This document shows positions 17,544 to 30,819 of a DNA stretch of 64,000 bases, piece after piece. Below the pieces are notes generated by a model. It did not search any database. It worked only from the letters and a program-made list of their open reading frames with translations, and was not told where the DNA came from. The DNA lies in assembly GCF_024502345.1 (NCBI RefSeq), contig NZ_JALDNN010000001.1; one strand, 5' to 3'. Source of the stretch: Escherichia coli. Lineage in GTDB: Bacteria; Pseudomonadota; Gammaproteobacteria; Enterobacterales; Enterobacteriaceae. The position numbers and the translations under genes are program-made. The first letter of the stretch is position 1. Each line of letters begins with the position of its first letter.

Positions 17544-19205
17544 TTACGCCGCAAGCAGTTCTTTCGCATTCGCCAGTGTGTTACGTGTGACTTCACTGCC
17601 ACCAAGCAGGCGCGCCAGCTCTTGTAACCGCGCTTTTTTATCCAGAGATTGCATATGCGTTTCTGTCATCGCACCATCGGTTTCTTTGCTGACAAAATAG
17701 TGTTGATGACCACATCCCGCGACTTGTGGCAGGTGGGTAACACACATCACCTGAGTTGATTCGCCGAGTTGACGCAGCAGTTTGCCGACAACTGCCGCTG
17801 TTGGACCGCTAATCCCTACATCCACTTCATCAAAAATCAGTGCCGGGGTTTCCATTTTACGCGCCGTGATGACCTGAATTGCCAATGCGATGCGGGACAA
17901 TTCACCACCGGATGCGACTTTGGCAATAGGCTGCATTGGCTGACCTGGGTTGGTGGTTACCCGAAACTCAATACGATCGGCGCCGTCAGCGCCCAGGTGA
18001 TGCTCGTCAAATTTGACATCAATCGTAAACTGCCCATGCGGCATTGAGAGCGCATGCATACTGTCGGTGATCAGCTGTGCAAGTTCTTCTGCATAATGCT
18101 GGCGTTGCTGGTGTAATGCGCGCGCCGTTTCCAGTGCCTGCTGATGATGTTTCGTTACCGCCAGCGCGAGCGTTTCTTGTGAGTCGGCCTGATCGTCCAG
18201 TTGCTGCTGTTCTTCCAGTAGCGACTGGTAATACTGTGGCAATGTCTCAGGGCTGACGTGATGTTTACGTGCCAGCGAAATCTGTTTTGAGATGCGCTGT
18301 TCAAGTTCAAACAGTCGGTTGGGATCGAGATCCAGACGATCGCAGTAGTGGCGCAGTTCGTCGCTGGCTTCAACAATCTGGATGGTAGCTTCTTCCAGCA
18401 TATCAAGTACGCCGGACAGTTTGCTGTCCATGCCAATCAATTCGCTAACCAGTTGTTTAGCCGTGTAAAGCTGACTTTGCAGGTTTGCGTCTTCACCGTC
18501 GGCCATTAATGCCAATGCATTCTGGCTGGTGGTCAGCAATTGACCGCTGTTCGCCAGACGTTTGTACTCTTCGTCGATTTGCTCAAACTCTCCGGGCTGC
18601 GGATTAAATTCGTTAAGTTCTTTTAATTGGTATTGCAGCAGTTCCGCACGGGCAGCGCGTTCCTGACTTAACTGTTGATGATGCGCGAGGTCACGGCAGC
18701 TTTGATGCCACAACTGATAACGTGCGGTCATTTCCTGGAGTAGAGAGGTTTCATTGGCATAGCCATCAAGCAGGAACTTTTGGTGCTCGGGTTTGGTGAG
18801 TAACTGATGAGCGTGCTGACCATGGATCTGAATCAGCAACTGACCCAGTTCGCGCAGTTGTGACAGAGGAACAGCTGTACCGTTGATGAAACCACGGGAG
18901 CGACCATCGCTGCTGATCACGCGACGAAGCAAACATTCATGCCCGTCTTCAAGCTGGTTTTCTTCCAGCCAGCGCAGAGCCGCTGGCGTATCTTTCAGAG
19001 AAAAACGGGCGCACAGGTCAGCGCGAGCAGCGCCGGTACGCACCATGTCGGCTTCAGCGCGACCACCGAGACAAAGACCGAGGGCATCTATTGCAATAGA
19101 TTTACCCGCGCCGGTCTCGCCAGTTATTACGGTCATGCCGCTATGAAAATCAATCTCAAGCTCACGAACGATAGCAAAGTTGCTGATGGTCAGTTGTGCC
19201 AACAT
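17544..19205 (-). CDS. recN: DNA repair protein RecN
   Basis: 553-aa ORF with Walker A GETGAGKS and SMC-like architecture. Confidence 0.95.
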   Translation of the reverse strand: MLAQLTISNFAIVRELEIDFHSGMTVITGETGAGKSIAIDALGLCLGGRAEADMVRTGAARADLCARFSLKDTPAALRWLEENQLEDGHECLLRRVISSDGRSRGFINGTAVPLSQLRELGQLLIQIHGQHAHQLLTKPEHQKFLLDGYANETSLLQEMTARYQLWHQSCRDLAHHQQLSQERAARAELLQYQLKELNEFNPQPGEFEQIDEEYKRLANSGQLLTTSQNALALMADGEDANLQSQLYTAKQLVSELIGMDSKLSGVLDMLEEATIQIVEASDELRHYCDRLDLDPNRLFELEQRISKQISLARKHHVSPETLPQYYQSLLEEQQQLDDQADSQETLALAVTKHHQQALETARALHQQRQHYAEELAQLITDSMHALSMPHGQFTIDVKFDEHHLGADGADRIEFRVTTNPGQPMQPIAKVASGGELSRIALAIQVITARKMETPALIFDEVDVGISGPTAAVVGKLLRQLGESTQVMCVTHLPQVAGCGHQHYFVSKETDGAMTETHMQSLDKKARLQELARLLGGSEVTRNTLANAKELLAA

Positions 19206-19215
19206 AGTCGTTTTC

Positions 19216-19271
19216 CTGTATGAAAAACCATTACTGTTATTGTGTACAGTATAAACTGGTTTTATATACAG
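19216..19271 (-). promoter_or_regulatory. recN SOS operator region with LexA boxes
   Basis: CTGT-N8-ACAG at 19234-19249 (perfect), CTGG-N8-ACAG at 19256-19271, and a weaker box at 19216-19231, directly upstream of recN. Confidence 0.7.
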
Positions 19272-19290
19272 TAAAGAGGCTGGCGTAAAA

Positions 19291-20169
19291 TTAGAATAAT
19301 TTTTTTGACCAGCCGAGCTTGGTGCTTAATGTATTGAAATAACTGTAATCTTTCGGATGAATCAGATTCAGATGGTAATCACAGCGACGAATCAGGACAT
19401 CTTCACCTTCCTGAATCGGCAGTGCTATCTGGCTGTCGCAACTGATTTCCAGGTCGTTACGGCGATGCGAAAAACGCAGACGGATCGTGCTGCTGCTGTT
19501 TATGACCAGTGGTCGTGCTGACAACGTATGCGGGAACATGGGCACCAGGGTAATCGCATCCAGAGAGGGGGTCAGAATAGGACCGCCTGCAGAGAGGGAA
19601 TAGGCGGTGGAGCCTGTTGGCGTCGAAATAATTAGTCCATCAGATCGCTGAGAAAACGCAAAGATCTCGTCGATATACACTTCGAACTCAATCATATGCG
19701 CCACTTTGCCTGGATGAAGCACCACTTCATTTATCGCGGTGCTGATGCGTTTCTGGCAATCTTGCTGACAGACTTGCGCTTCCAGCAAAAAACGTTTCTC
19801 GCTGATGTAGTGGCCTTCCAGCACATCGGCTAACTGTTGCTGGGCGTTATCGGGGTCAAGGTCAGTCAGGAAACCCAGGTTGCCACGGTTGATTCCAATA
19901 ACTTTAATATCGTAACGGGCGAGTGTGCGTGCCGCGCCCAGCATATTACCGTCGCCACCAACGACTACCGCGAGATCAGCTAGTTGCCCAATCTCCGCGA
20001 GCGTGCCAGTTTTCACATTCTTCAGTTGCAGTTCGTGAGCGATTTGTTGCTCAACGATGACCTCGTAACCTTTTGTGCACAGCCAGCGGTAGAGCATTTC
20101 ATGTGTTGTCAGTGCAGTGGGGTGCCGTGGGTGTCCCACAATGCCAATACACTTGAAATGATTATTCAT
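19291..20169 (-). CDS. nadK: NAD kinase
   Basis: 292-aa ORF with GGDGN motif. Confidence 0.95.
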
Positions 20170-20217
20170 TTTTCCGAGGTCCTTGTTGCGAAGATTGATG
20201 ACAATGTGAGTGCTTCC

Positions 20218-20246
20218 CTTGAAACCCTGAAACTGATCCCCATAAT
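20218..20246 (+). promoter_or_regulatory. grpE sigma-32 heat-shock promoter
   Basis: CTTGAAA (-35) and CCCCATAAT (-10) with ~13-bp spacer upstream of grpE. Confidence 0.6.
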
Positions 20247-20258
20247 AAGCGAAGTTAG

Positions 20259-20885
<627 letters not shown>

Positions 20886-20939
20886 TTTCTGTTTTCGTAA
20901 TAATTCACGGCCCTGCATGCGAATGCAGGGCCGTTTTCG

Positions 20940-22202
20940 TTACTCCGCCACACTCTCGCGCAGCGGTTTCACAGGAAAAACTTTTACCTGCTTAATCATA
21001 TTGTCCTGTACGTCGAGAATATCGATATCGTACTCGCCAATACGCACGCGGGTGCCTGCGACAGGGATCTCTTCCAGTGCCTCAAGAATGACGCCATTAA
21101 CCGTGCGGGCATCATCTTCCGGTAGATGCCAGTTAAAGGCTTTGTTGATTTCCCGCACGTTGGCAGTGCCATCAATAATCACCGAACCGTCGTTTTGCGG
21201 CGTGACTTCTTCGGCAAGTGTTGGCGACATCGACGTAGTGAAATCGCCGACAATCTCTTCCAGAATATCTTCAACCGTCACTAGCCCCTGAATGTCTCCA
21301 TACTCGTTGACGACCAGGCCGACTTTCTTTTTGTTGCGCTGAAACTTCACCAACTGCGTGCTGAGCGGCGTACCTTCCGGCACAAAATAGATCTCGTCCG
21401 CGGCGCGCAGCATGGTTTCTTTGGTGAACTCTTTTTTCTCCGACATCAACCGCCAGGCTTCACGTACTCGCAGCATACTGATGGCGTCGTCCAGCGAATC
21501 ACGGTAGAGCACGATGCGCCCGTGAGGTGAGTGGGAGAGTTGGCGCAGAATAGATTTCCAGTCATCGTTGATATCAATACCGATAATTTCACTGCGCGGC
21601 ACCATGATGTCATCAACGGTCATTTTTTCCAGATCGAGCACCGACAGCAGCATATCCTGATTGCGACGGGAAATTTGTGAGCGTGATTCGTGCACGATAG
21701 TGCGCAACTCTTCTTTGCTCAAAGAGCCGCTAACCACGATATCGGTTTTGATACCCATCATGCGCATCAGCATACGGGTGATAGCATTCAGCAACCAGAC
21801 CAGCGGCATCATCAAAATTTGCAGCGGAGCCAGCAGAAAACTACTCGGATAAGCGACTTTTTCCGGGTACAGCGCGGCAATGGTTTTCGGCAATACCTCA
21901 GCAAATACCAGTACGACAAAAGTCAGCACACCAGTCGCAATTGCCACGCCTGCATCACCGTACAAACGCATCCCAACAATAGTGCCGAGCGCGGAGGCAA
22001 GAATATTGACCAGGTTATTGCCGATTAACACCAGGCTTATCAGGCGGTCTGGCTTACGCAGCAATTTTTCGACGCGTTTGGCCGAGCGATTATCCTGTTT
22101 CGCCATATGTCGAAGACGATAGCGGTTGAGGGTCATCATTCCGGTTTCGGACCCGGAAAAATAGGCTGAAATGACCACCATGATGATCAGAATAATGATC
22201 AA
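20940..22202 (-). CDS. yfjD: CNNM/CorC-family inner membrane protein with CBS domains (YfjD)
   Basis: 420-aa ORF, hydrophobic N-terminus, conserved position. Confidence 0.85.
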   Translation of the reverse strand: MIIILIIMVVISAYFSGSETGMMTLNRYRLRHMAKQDNRSAKRVEKLLRKPDRLISLVLIGNNLVNILASALGTIVGMRLYGDAGVAIATGVLTFVVLVFAEVLPKTIAALYPEKVAYPSSFLLAPLQILMMPLVWLLNAITRMLMRMMGIKTDIVVSGSLSKEELRTIVHESRSQISRRNQDMLLSVLDLEKMTVDDIMVPRSEIIGIDINDDWKSILRQLSHSPHGRIVLYRDSLDDAISMLRVREAWRLMSEKKEFTKETMLRAADEIYFVPEGTPLSTQLVKFQRNKKKVGLVVNEYGDIQGLVTVEDILEEIVGDFTTSMSPTLAEEVTPQNDGSVIIDGTANVREINKAFNWHLPEDDARTVNGVILEALEEIPVAGTRVRIGEYDIDILDVQDNMIKQVKVFPVKPLRESVAE

Positions 22203-22246
22203 CGTAGTAGTAGAAATGTGTTCCAGGGGAAACTCCTTTTCTGGGT

Positions 22247-23038
22247 TTAGCTGATTAACTGCTGGACAATTCGGCTGCCGAAGTAGGCCAGTGTCAGAAT
22301 GACTGCACCCGCAACGTTAAACCAGACGACGCGGCGTCCACGCCATCCTTCATGATAATGTCCCCACAGCAGCACAATATAGACAAACCACGCCACGATA
22401 GAGAGCACAGCCTTGTCGATATTTTCCATGCTAAATAAGTTGTGCATGTAGAACAGGCCAGTGCAAAGCGTGAGCGTTAGCAGCACCACGCCAATCTGCG
22501 TGATGTGGAACATTTTACGCTCGATACTCATCAATGGCGGCATTTCCTGGTTAAACGCCAGTTTCTTGTTCTTCAGTTGGTAATCAATCCACGCCAGTTG
22601 CAGCGCGTACAGGGCGGCGATAATTAGCGTGGCATAGGAAAAGAGCGATAAGCCAATGTGCACCAGCATCCCAGGCGTAGCTTCCAGATGGGTGATGTAT
22701 TCATTGGGCATGAAGGTTGCCAGCGCCAGGTTGATAAGCGCAAAGGCATAGACAATGGGTAGCAGCAACCAGCCACGATTGCGAGAAGCCACAATGGTCA
22801 TTACCGTACAGATCATCAAACTGACCAATGAACCAACGTTCAGCAGGCTGAGGTTTTGTCCGCTATCACCGTCGGGCAGGATGCGGGCTTCCAGAGCGAT
22901 TGCGTGGCAGACCAGCGCAATGACCGCAGAAATAATAGCCATGCGCCGCCAGCCGCCGTTTTTTTGCAGCAGACCGGGAACAATCAGCGCAAGACTGACG
23001 GAGTAGGCGACAAGCGCGAGCAGAGCAAAAACGGGCAT
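22247..23038 (-). CDS. ypjD: Inner membrane protein YpjD
   Basis: Polytopic membrane ORF; start placed at internal Met (MPVFALLALV) to give 263 aa. Confidence 0.8.
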   Translation of the reverse strand: MPVFALLALVAYSVSLALIVPGLLQKNGGWRRMAIISAVIALVCHAIALEARILPDGDSGQNLSLLNVGSLVSLMICTVMTIVASRNRGWLLLPIVYAFALINLALATFMPNEYITHLEATPGMLVHIGLSLFSYATLIIAALYALQLAWIDYQLKNKKLAFNQEMPPLMSIERKMFHITQIGVVLLTLTLCTGLFYMHNLFSMENIDKAVLSIVAWFVYIVLLWGHYHEGWRGRRVVWFNVAGAVILTLAYFGSRIVQQLIS

Positions 23039-23204
23039 AGTAATGTCGACAGTTTGAGCAATAAGAAAGAGAAGCAGTATAGCGTCAGGTGAACGCTGCT
23101 CCAACCGTTGCATAACAACAAAGACGCCTTCATGTTATACTGCGGCAAAATACTGATGATGTGTCGCGATTGCGGCCAACCGTTTCCACCCCAGGCGAGA
23201 GACA

Positions 23205-24566
23205 ATGTTTGATAATTTAACCGATCGTTTGTCGCGCACGCTGCGCAATATCAGTGGCCGTGGACGCCTCACTGAAGACAACGTAAAAGATACGCTGCGC
23301 GAAGTGCGCATGGCGCTGCTGGAGGCGGACGTCGCTCTGCCGGTAGTGCGTGAGTTTATCAATCGCGTAAAAGAGAAAGCGGTTGGTCATGAAGTTAATA
23401 AGAGCCTGACGCCGGGGCAGGAGTTCGTCAAAATCGTCCGTAACGAACTGGTTGCGGCGATGGGCGAAGAGAACCAGACCCTGAACCTGGCTGCGCAACC
23501 GCCTGCGGTCGTACTGATGGCGGGCCTGCAAGGTGCTGGTAAAACAACCAGCGTTGGTAAACTCGGTAAGTTCCTGCGCGAGAAGCACAAGAAGAAAGTG
23601 CTGGTGGTTTCTGCCGACGTTTATCGCCCGGCGGCAATCAAACAGCTTGAGACGCTGGCAGAGCAGGTGGGCGTTGATTTCTTCCCTTCTGATGTTGGTC
23701 AGAAGCCGGTAGATATCGTTAACGCGGCGCTGAAAGAAGCCAAACTGAAATTCTACGACGTGCTGCTGGTGGATACCGCTGGTCGTCTGCACGTTGACGA
23801 AGCGATGATGGACGAGATCAAACAAGTCCATGCGTCGATTAACCCGGTTGAAACCCTGTTTGTGGTTGACGCCATGACCGGTCAGGATGCGGCCAATACG
23901 GCAAAAGCATTCAATGAAGCGTTACCGCTTACCGGCGTAGTGTTGACCAAAGTGGACGGCGATGCCCGCGGCGGTGCGGCGCTCTCTATTCGTCACATCA
24001 CTGGCAAACCGATCAAGTTCCTCGGTGTTGGCGAGAAAACTGAGGCGCTGGAGCCGTTCCATCCGGACCGCATTGCGTCGCGTATTCTCGGCATGGGCGA
24101 CGTACTGTCGCTGATCGAAGATATCGAAAGCAAAGTTGACCGCGCGCAGGCAGAGAAATTAGCCAGCAAGCTAAAAAAAGGCGACGGCTTCGATCTCAAC
24201 GACTTTCTTGAGCAGCTGCGCCAGATGAAAAATATGGGCGGCATGGCTAGCCTGATGGGCAAGCTGCCGGGCATGGGGCAGATCCCGGATAACGTCAAGT
24301 CGCAGATGGACGATAAAGTGCTGGTGCGTATGGAAGCCATCATCAACTCGATGACGATGAAAGAACGCGCTAAGCCAGAAATCATCAAAGGTTCGCGTAA
24401 ACGCCGTATTGCTGCCGGTTGCGGTATGCAGGTGCAGGACGTTAACCGTCTTCTGAAACAGTTCGACGACATGCAGCGCATGATGAAGAAAATGAAGAAG
24501 GGCGGAATGGCGAAGATGATGAGAAGCATGAAAGGGATGATGCCACCGGGATTTCCTGGTCGCTAA
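23205..24566 (+). CDS. ffh: Signal recognition particle protein Ffh
   Basis: 453-aa ORF with GTPase motifs GLQGAGKTT, DTAGR, TKVDGD and Met-rich C-terminus. Confidence 0.95.
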   Translation: MFDNLTDRLSRTLRNISGRGRLTEDNVKDTLREVRMALLEADVALPVVREFINRVKEKAVGHEVNKSLTPGQEFVKIVRNELVAAMGEENQTLNLAAQPPAVVLMAGLQGAGKTTSVGKLGKFLREKHKKKVLVVSADVYRPAAIKQLETLAEQVGVDFFPSDVGQKPVDIVNAALKEAKLKFYDVLLVDTAGRLHVDEAMMDEIKQVHASINPVETLFVVDAMTGQDAANTAKAFNEALPLTGVVLTKVDGDARGGAALSIRHITGKPIKFLGVGEKTEALEPFHPDRIASRILGMGDVLSLIEDIESKVDRAQAEKLASKLKKGDGFDLNDFLEQLRQMKNMGGMASLMGKLPGMGQIPDNVKSQMDDKVLVRMEAIINSMTMKERAKPEIIKGSRKRRIAAGCGMQVQDVNRLLKQFDDMQRMMKKMKKGGMAKMMRSMKGMMPPGFPGR

Positions 24567-24624
24567 ATGACCTTATGCGACAGAGTTATTAACTGCTGAT
24601 TGCATTTTCTCCAGAAATCAGTAA

Positions 24625-24951
<327 letters not shown>

Positions 24952-24969
24952 TCTGTCACGGTGGTCATG

Positions 24970-25518
24970 ATGAGCAAACAACTCACCGCGCAAGCACCTG
25001 TTGATCCCATCGTTTTGGGAAAAATGGGTTCGTCTTACGGTATTCGTGGGTGGCTCAGAGTGTTTTCTTCCACCGAAGACGCCGAAAGCATTTTTGACTA
25101 TCAGCCCTGGTTTATCCAGAAGGCGGGTCAGTGGCAGCAAGTCCAGCTGGAAAGCTGGAAGCACCACAATCAGGACATGATCATCAAGCTGAAAGGCGTT
25201 GACGATCGTGATGCGGCGAACCTGCTGACGAATTGTGAAATTGTCGTGGATTCATCGCAGCTGCCTCAGCTTGAAGAGGGTGACTACTACTGGAAAGACC
25301 TGATGGGCTGCCAGGTAGTAACCACTGAAGGCTACGATCTCGGTAAAGTCGTCGATATGATGGAAACCGGATCTAATGACGTTCTCGTCATTAAGGCAAA
25401 CCTGAAAGATGCGTTTGGTATCAAGGAACGTCTCGTACCGTTCCTCGATGGGCAGGTTATCAAGAAAGTCGATCTCACTACTCGTTCAATCGAAGTAGAT
25501 TGGGATCCTGGTTTTTAA
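24970..25518 (+). CDS. rimM: Ribosome maturation factor RimM
   Basis: [35 protein letters not shown]... Confidence 0.9.
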
Positions 25519-25548
25519 ACCACCGGATAAACGGTAAAAGACGGCGCT

Positions 25549-26316
25549 ATGTGGATTGGCATAATTAGCCTGTTTCCTGAAATGTTCCGCGCAATTACCG
25601 ATTACGGGGTAACTGGCCGGGCAGTTAAAAATGGCCTGCTGAGCATCCAGAGCTGGAGTCCTCGCGATTTCACGCATGACCGGCACCGTACCGTGGACGA
25701 TCGTCCTTACGGCGGCGGACCGGGGATGTTAATGATGGTGCAACCCTTGCGGGACGCCATTCATGCAGCAAAAGCCGCGGCGGGTGAAGGCGCAAAGGTG
25801 ATTTATCTTTCACCACAGGGACGCAAGCTTGATCAAGCGGGCGTCAGCGAACTGGCAACGAATCAAAAATTGATTCTGGTGTGCGGTCGCTACGAAGGTA
25901 TAGATGAGCGCGTGATCCAAACCGAAATTGACGAAGAATGGTCAATCGGCGATTACGTTCTCAGTGGTGGTGAGTTACCAGCAATGACGCTGATTGACTC
26001 CGTTTCCCGGTTTATTCCGGGAGTACTGGGACATGAAGCCTCGGCAACGGAAGATTCCTTTGCTGAAGGATTGCTGGATTGCCCGCACTATACGCGGCCT
26101 GAGGTGTTAGAAGGGATGGAAGTTCCGCCAGTGTTACTGTCGGGCAACCATGCCGAGATACGTCGCTGGCGTTTGAAACAGTCGCTGGGCCGTACCTGGC
26201 TTAGAAGACCTGAACTTCTGGAAAACCTGGCTCTGACTGAAGAGCAAGCAAGGTTGCTGGCGGAGTTCAAAACGGAACACGCACAACAGCAACATAAACA
26301 TGATGGGATGGCGTAA
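25549..26316 (+). CDS. trmD: tRNA (guanine37-N1)-methyltransferase TrmD
   Basis: 255-aa [16 protein letters not shown]... Confidence 0.95.
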
Positions 26317-26354
26317 GCCCCCGAGATATCAGTTTACCCAGGATAAGAGATTAA

Positions 26355-26705
<351 letters not shown>

Positions 26706-26781
26706 GATTTCGCTTAAGCGACATCCTGTTAAGAAGGGCTGGCCAATTGGCTGGCCCTTTTTTTATCTGTTTGCTCGTGTT

Positions 26782-27264
26782 TTAAGGGGTAGTAATCACC
26801 ACTGCTACGCGGCGGTTCTCGGCGCGGCCCTGGGCGGTCTTGTTACTGGCTATGGGATATTTTTTTCCTAAACCCTGTGTGGTGAGATTGCTGCGTGGAA
26901 TTTGTCCACCCATAGCCCATGCATCGGCCACGACATTCGCCCGTTTCAATGATAAGCCTTCGTTGTAACTGTCTTCACCATAGTTATCGGTGTGTCCATC
27001 CATACGGGCATGTGTTAGCCCTGTCGAGGCCAATTTGGCTGCCATGGTTTGGATCTGTTGCTGGCTTTCCGGGAGCAATTTGTAGTCATTTTTTGCGAAC
27101 AGAATGGCATCTGATAAGCCCAGCGACCAGTCGCCGGCGGATTCAGTAAATCCATAAGATTGCATAGCGGCGACTTGCTCAGGAGTAAACTTTCCCTGAG
27201 GGGACTGGCAGCCAGTCAGTATTAGTGAGGTGAAAATCAGGGGTGCTACCAGGTGCTTTATCAT
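26782..27264 (-). CDS. yfiB: OmpA-family lipoprotein YfiB
   Basis: 160-aa ORF with lipobox LTGCQ and OmpA-like C-terminus. Confidence 0.9.
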   Translation of the reverse strand: MIKHLVAPLIFTSLILTGCQSPQGKFTPEQVAAMQSYGFTESAGDWSLGLSDAILFAKNDYKLLPESQQQIQTMAAKLASTGLTHARMDGHTDNYGEDSYNEGLSLKRANVVADAWAMGGQIPRSNLTTQGLGKKYPIASNKTAQGRAENRRVAVVITTP

Positions 27265-27279
27265 ATCGATATATCCTTG

Positions 27280-28506
27280 TTATCTCACCAGCTTTTCGGC
27301 ACGCTGGTGTTTGGCCTGATACATATTGTGATCGGCAAGCTCTTGTAATTTTTCCGCAGAGGCGTGCGCAATGGTCATCGCGTAACCAATGCTTAATGTC
27401 ATAGTGGTCAGATGGCCATTATGAAGATCAAACGGGCGATTAAAGATTTGTGTCAGTGCTGAGCATATCTGCTGCACTTCAGATTCCGACTGTACATCAT
27501 AGAGCACCATAGCGAATTCATCGCCGCCCAGGCGGTATGCTTTATGTCGCAGCCCGCCAAATTCAGCTAACCGTTTTGCGATTTCAATCAAGACTCTATC
27601 GCCCGTCGCATGACCCCAGGTATCATTGATATATTTGAAATTATCGCCATCAAGAAATAGTAACGCCGACGTTTTTCGGGCATCGGAATTGTTCATCAAC
27701 GTATTGATGCCGCTACGAAACGCTGCGCGGTTAGCCAGCCCGGTTAATGGGTCATGTAGCGCGGTACGCAGAAGCTGCGCATTTTTGGCCTGTAAACGAA
27801 GCTGCCACTCTTCCATTTCATCCAGCAGACTGTTGAAGTCGAGAGCGAAGCGGTGAAACTCAGCGATACGTTCTTCCGAAACTCGTCGGGAAAAATTGCG
27901 GTTGGAACGCACATCATGTACGACATTGGTGATATTTTTCAGTGCTTCCACCAGGCCATTGTGCAAATGGCGGGTGAGGGTAATTGCGATGCCTGATGCC
28001 AGCAGAATACAACCGGTCAGTACGGCGAGCGAAAACCAGATAAAATGGCTGATTGAACTGTCGCGAGCGGTTAAGCGTACTTCGCCAATGGTTTCACCAT
28101 TGTGACGAATCGGCTGAATGATGGGGGCGGGGAAGAGCCAGTGGCTTATGAAATTGCTGAAAGTATCGCCTGGATCCTTACGGGTGTAATGCCAGGACGC
28201 CAGAATATTTTGCTGCTTATCACGTACTTCTGCAGTTGAAAATTGCCCTTGCTGGCCCAGCGCTGCCAGTGTTTCAGTTGCTGCAGGGCCATCGGCAAAA
28301 ACGACAGCTGCTTCCAGACTGTAAGTCATTGTTGCTGCTGTCAGTGCCAGGTTTTTTTGCGCGTACTGTTTCAGGGTCAGCACCGAGGTCACGGAAAGCA
28401 GCAACCAGATCAGCATCATAGTGATAAATATGCTGGTCATACTGATGTTGCGTAATGCTCTTTTAAACGTGGGGCGCTTATTAAGAGAATTATCGTTATC
28501 CATCAT
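27280..28506 (-). CDS. dgcN: Diguanylate cyclase DgcN (YfiN)
   Basis: 408-aa ORF with GGDEF motif (RLGGDEF). Confidence 0.9.
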
Positions 28507-29014
28507 TTTTCTTCCGTGCGAGCATTAAGACATCCGGGTTGACCTTTACACCGCTACGCGATAAGGCATCCAGGTTTACGGCAAATCTGACGTCATTATT
28601 GTGGATGATCAGACAAAAGGCGCTACCAATAATGCACTCGGTATTTTGTTCGGCAATTAATAATAACGCCTTTGACGGATATTGTTCGGTTAATTCCATC
28701 TGGAATGTCGGTGACTCGTTGCCAAAATAAAAACCATTGCAGCCTGAAATCATCGCCTCTTGTTGAGTGTGAATGATGACAGGCAGATAAGGCAAAGATG
28801 TCGCGGCATTCTCTTGTAGGGCGGTACTAAAACGTGAAGATGAAAAGATACATAACTTTGGTGGCCCTGATAGCGCAGGCCAGCGGGTGTAACTGACAAT
28901 ACCGGAAACCATCATACGCACGTTTTTCGCAACGTCAGAAGGCTCCTGAGCGAGTATTGGTGCTCCCGTCAGCAGGAGAATCAGCAGTAAGAACAGTCGG
29001 TGAGAAAAACGCAT
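28496..29014 (-). CDS. yfiR: Periplasmic DgcN repressor YfiR
   Basis: 172-aa ORF with signal peptide; overlaps dgcN start. Confidence 0.9.
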
Positions 29015-29163
29015 TCAGGGATCCCCACCATCTTCGCTCGAAATGCATCGATATTTTTTCAGAATGCTCATTAAAATATCATTATTTCATGCGGTCGTCA
29101 TCATTGTGAGAAATAAAACATAATGAGTAAAATCTTATGTTTAATTTATTTGTGGGGTTTTAA

Positions 29164-29529
29164 TTAATTTAATCGTATTGCGCTGGCATTTTCATCAGCC
29201 CCTTTTTGCCATACTTCATGCAGTTGGCTGGCATTTTCAACATTGTTGCAGCTGGCAGGAAAGCTTTTACCGGAAAGTCCTCGGGCATAAGTAAAATCGG
29301 TCTGGCAAGTTTTCTTTTGTCCTTCGGCATATCCTTTAAGGTATAGACCGCGATCCGCCTGTGAATCGCTAAATGCATCGTCATCTTTTATGGCGCTGCC
29401 CGATATCGCATCTTCCATACCAACATCATACCAGTCGGTGCTGGTCAAGGTTGGCGCGTGAGTATAAGGATCAATCTGGCATCCGCTAACCAGTAAAGCC
29501 AACAAGGGGGCGATAAACTTTTTCATCAT
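29164..29529 (-). CDS. yfiL: Lipoprotein YfiL
   Basis: Lipobox LLVSGCQ; start placed at internal MMKKF to give 121 aa. Confidence 0.8.
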   Translation of the reverse strand: MMKKFIAPLLALLVSGCQIDPYTHAPTLTSTDWYDVGMEDAISGSAIKDDDAFSDSQADRGLYLKGYAEGQKKTCQTDFTYARGLSGKSFPASCNNVENASQLHEVWQKGADENASAIRLN

Positions 29530-29738
29530 TTCTTTCTCCTTTTTCAAAGCATAGCGGATTGTTTTCAAAGGTGGTGTAAATTTATCTATACAGAATCAAG
29601 GGTTGAAAGCGCGAATAAATTGCTTATGTAAAGAAAAATGTACGAAATATGGATTGAAAACTTTACTTTATGTGTTATCGTTACGTCATCCTCGCTGAGG
29701 ATCAACTATCGCAAACGAGCATAAACAGGATCGCCATC

Positions 29739-30809
29739 ATGCAAAAAGACGCGCTGAATAACGTACATATTACCGACGAACAGGTTTTAATGACTCCGGC
29801 ACAACTGAAGGCCGCTTTTCCATTAAGCCTGCAACAAGAAGCCCAGATTGCTGACTCGCGTAAAACCATTTCAGATATTATCGCCGGGCGCGATCCTCGT
29901 CTGCTGGTAGTATGTGGTCCTTGTTCCATTCATGATCCGGAAACTGCTCTGGAATATGCTCGTCGATTTAAAGCCCTTGCCGCAGAGGTCAGCGATAGCC
30001 TCTATCTGGTAATGCGCGTCTATTTTGAAAAACCCCGTACCACTGTCGGCTGGAAAGGGTTAATTAACGATCCCCATATGGATGGCTCTTTTGATGTAGA
30101 AGCCGGGCTGCAGATCGCGCGTAAATTGCTGCTTGAGCTGGTGAATATGGGACTGCCACTGGCGACGGAAGCGTTAGATCCGAATAGCCCGCAATACCTG
30201 GGCGATCTGTTTAGCTGGTCAGCAATTGGTGCTCGTACAACGGAATCGCAAACTCACCGTGAAATGGCCTCCGGGCTTTCCATGCCGGTTGGTTTTAAAA
30301 ACGGCACCGACGGCAGTCTGGCAACAGCAATTAACGCTATGCGCGCCGCCGCCCAGCCGCACCGTTTTGTTGGCATTAACCAGGCAGGGCAGGTTGCGTT
30401 GCTACAAACTCAGGGGAATCCGGACGGGCATGTCATCCTGCGCGGTGGTAAAGCGCCGAACTATAGCCCTGCGGATGTTGCGCAATGTGAAAAAGAGATG
30501 GAACAGGCGGGACTGCGCCCGTCTCTGATGGTAGATTGCAGCCACGGTAATTCCAATAAAGATTATCGCCGTCAGCCTGCGGTGGCAGAATCCGTGGTTG
30601 CTCAAATCAAAGATGGCAATCGCTCAATTATTGGTCTGATGATCGAAAGTAATATCCACGAGGGCAATCAGTCTTCCGAGCAACCGCGCAGTGAAATGAA
30701 ATACGGTGTATCCGTAACCGATGCCTGCATTAGCTGGGAAATGACCGATGCCTTGCTGCGTGAAATTCATCAGGATCTGAACGGGCAGCTGACGGCTCGC
30801 GTGGCTTAA
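29739..30809 (+). CDS. aroF: Tyrosine-sensitive DAHP synthase AroF
   Basis: [30 protein letters not shown]...; the ORF track starts 23 codons upstream. Confidence 0.95.
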   Translation: MQKDALNNVHITDEQVLMTPAQLKAAFPLSLQQEAQIADSRKTISDIIAGRDPRLLVVCGPCSIHDPETALEYARRFKALAAEVSDSLYLVMRVYFEKPRTTVGWKGLINDPHMDGSFDVEAGLQIARKLLLELVNMGLPLATEALDPNSPQYLGDLFSWSAIGARTTESQTHREMASGLSMPVGFKNGTDGSLATAINAMRAAAQPHRFVGINQAGQVALLQTQGNPDGHVILRGGKAPNYSPADVAQCEKEMEQAGLRPSLMVDCSHGNSNKDYRRQPAVAESVVAQIKDGNRSIIGLMIESNIHEGNQSSEQPRSEMKYGVSVTDACISWEMTDALLREIHQDLNGQLTARVA

Positions 30810-30819
30810 GAGGTTTATT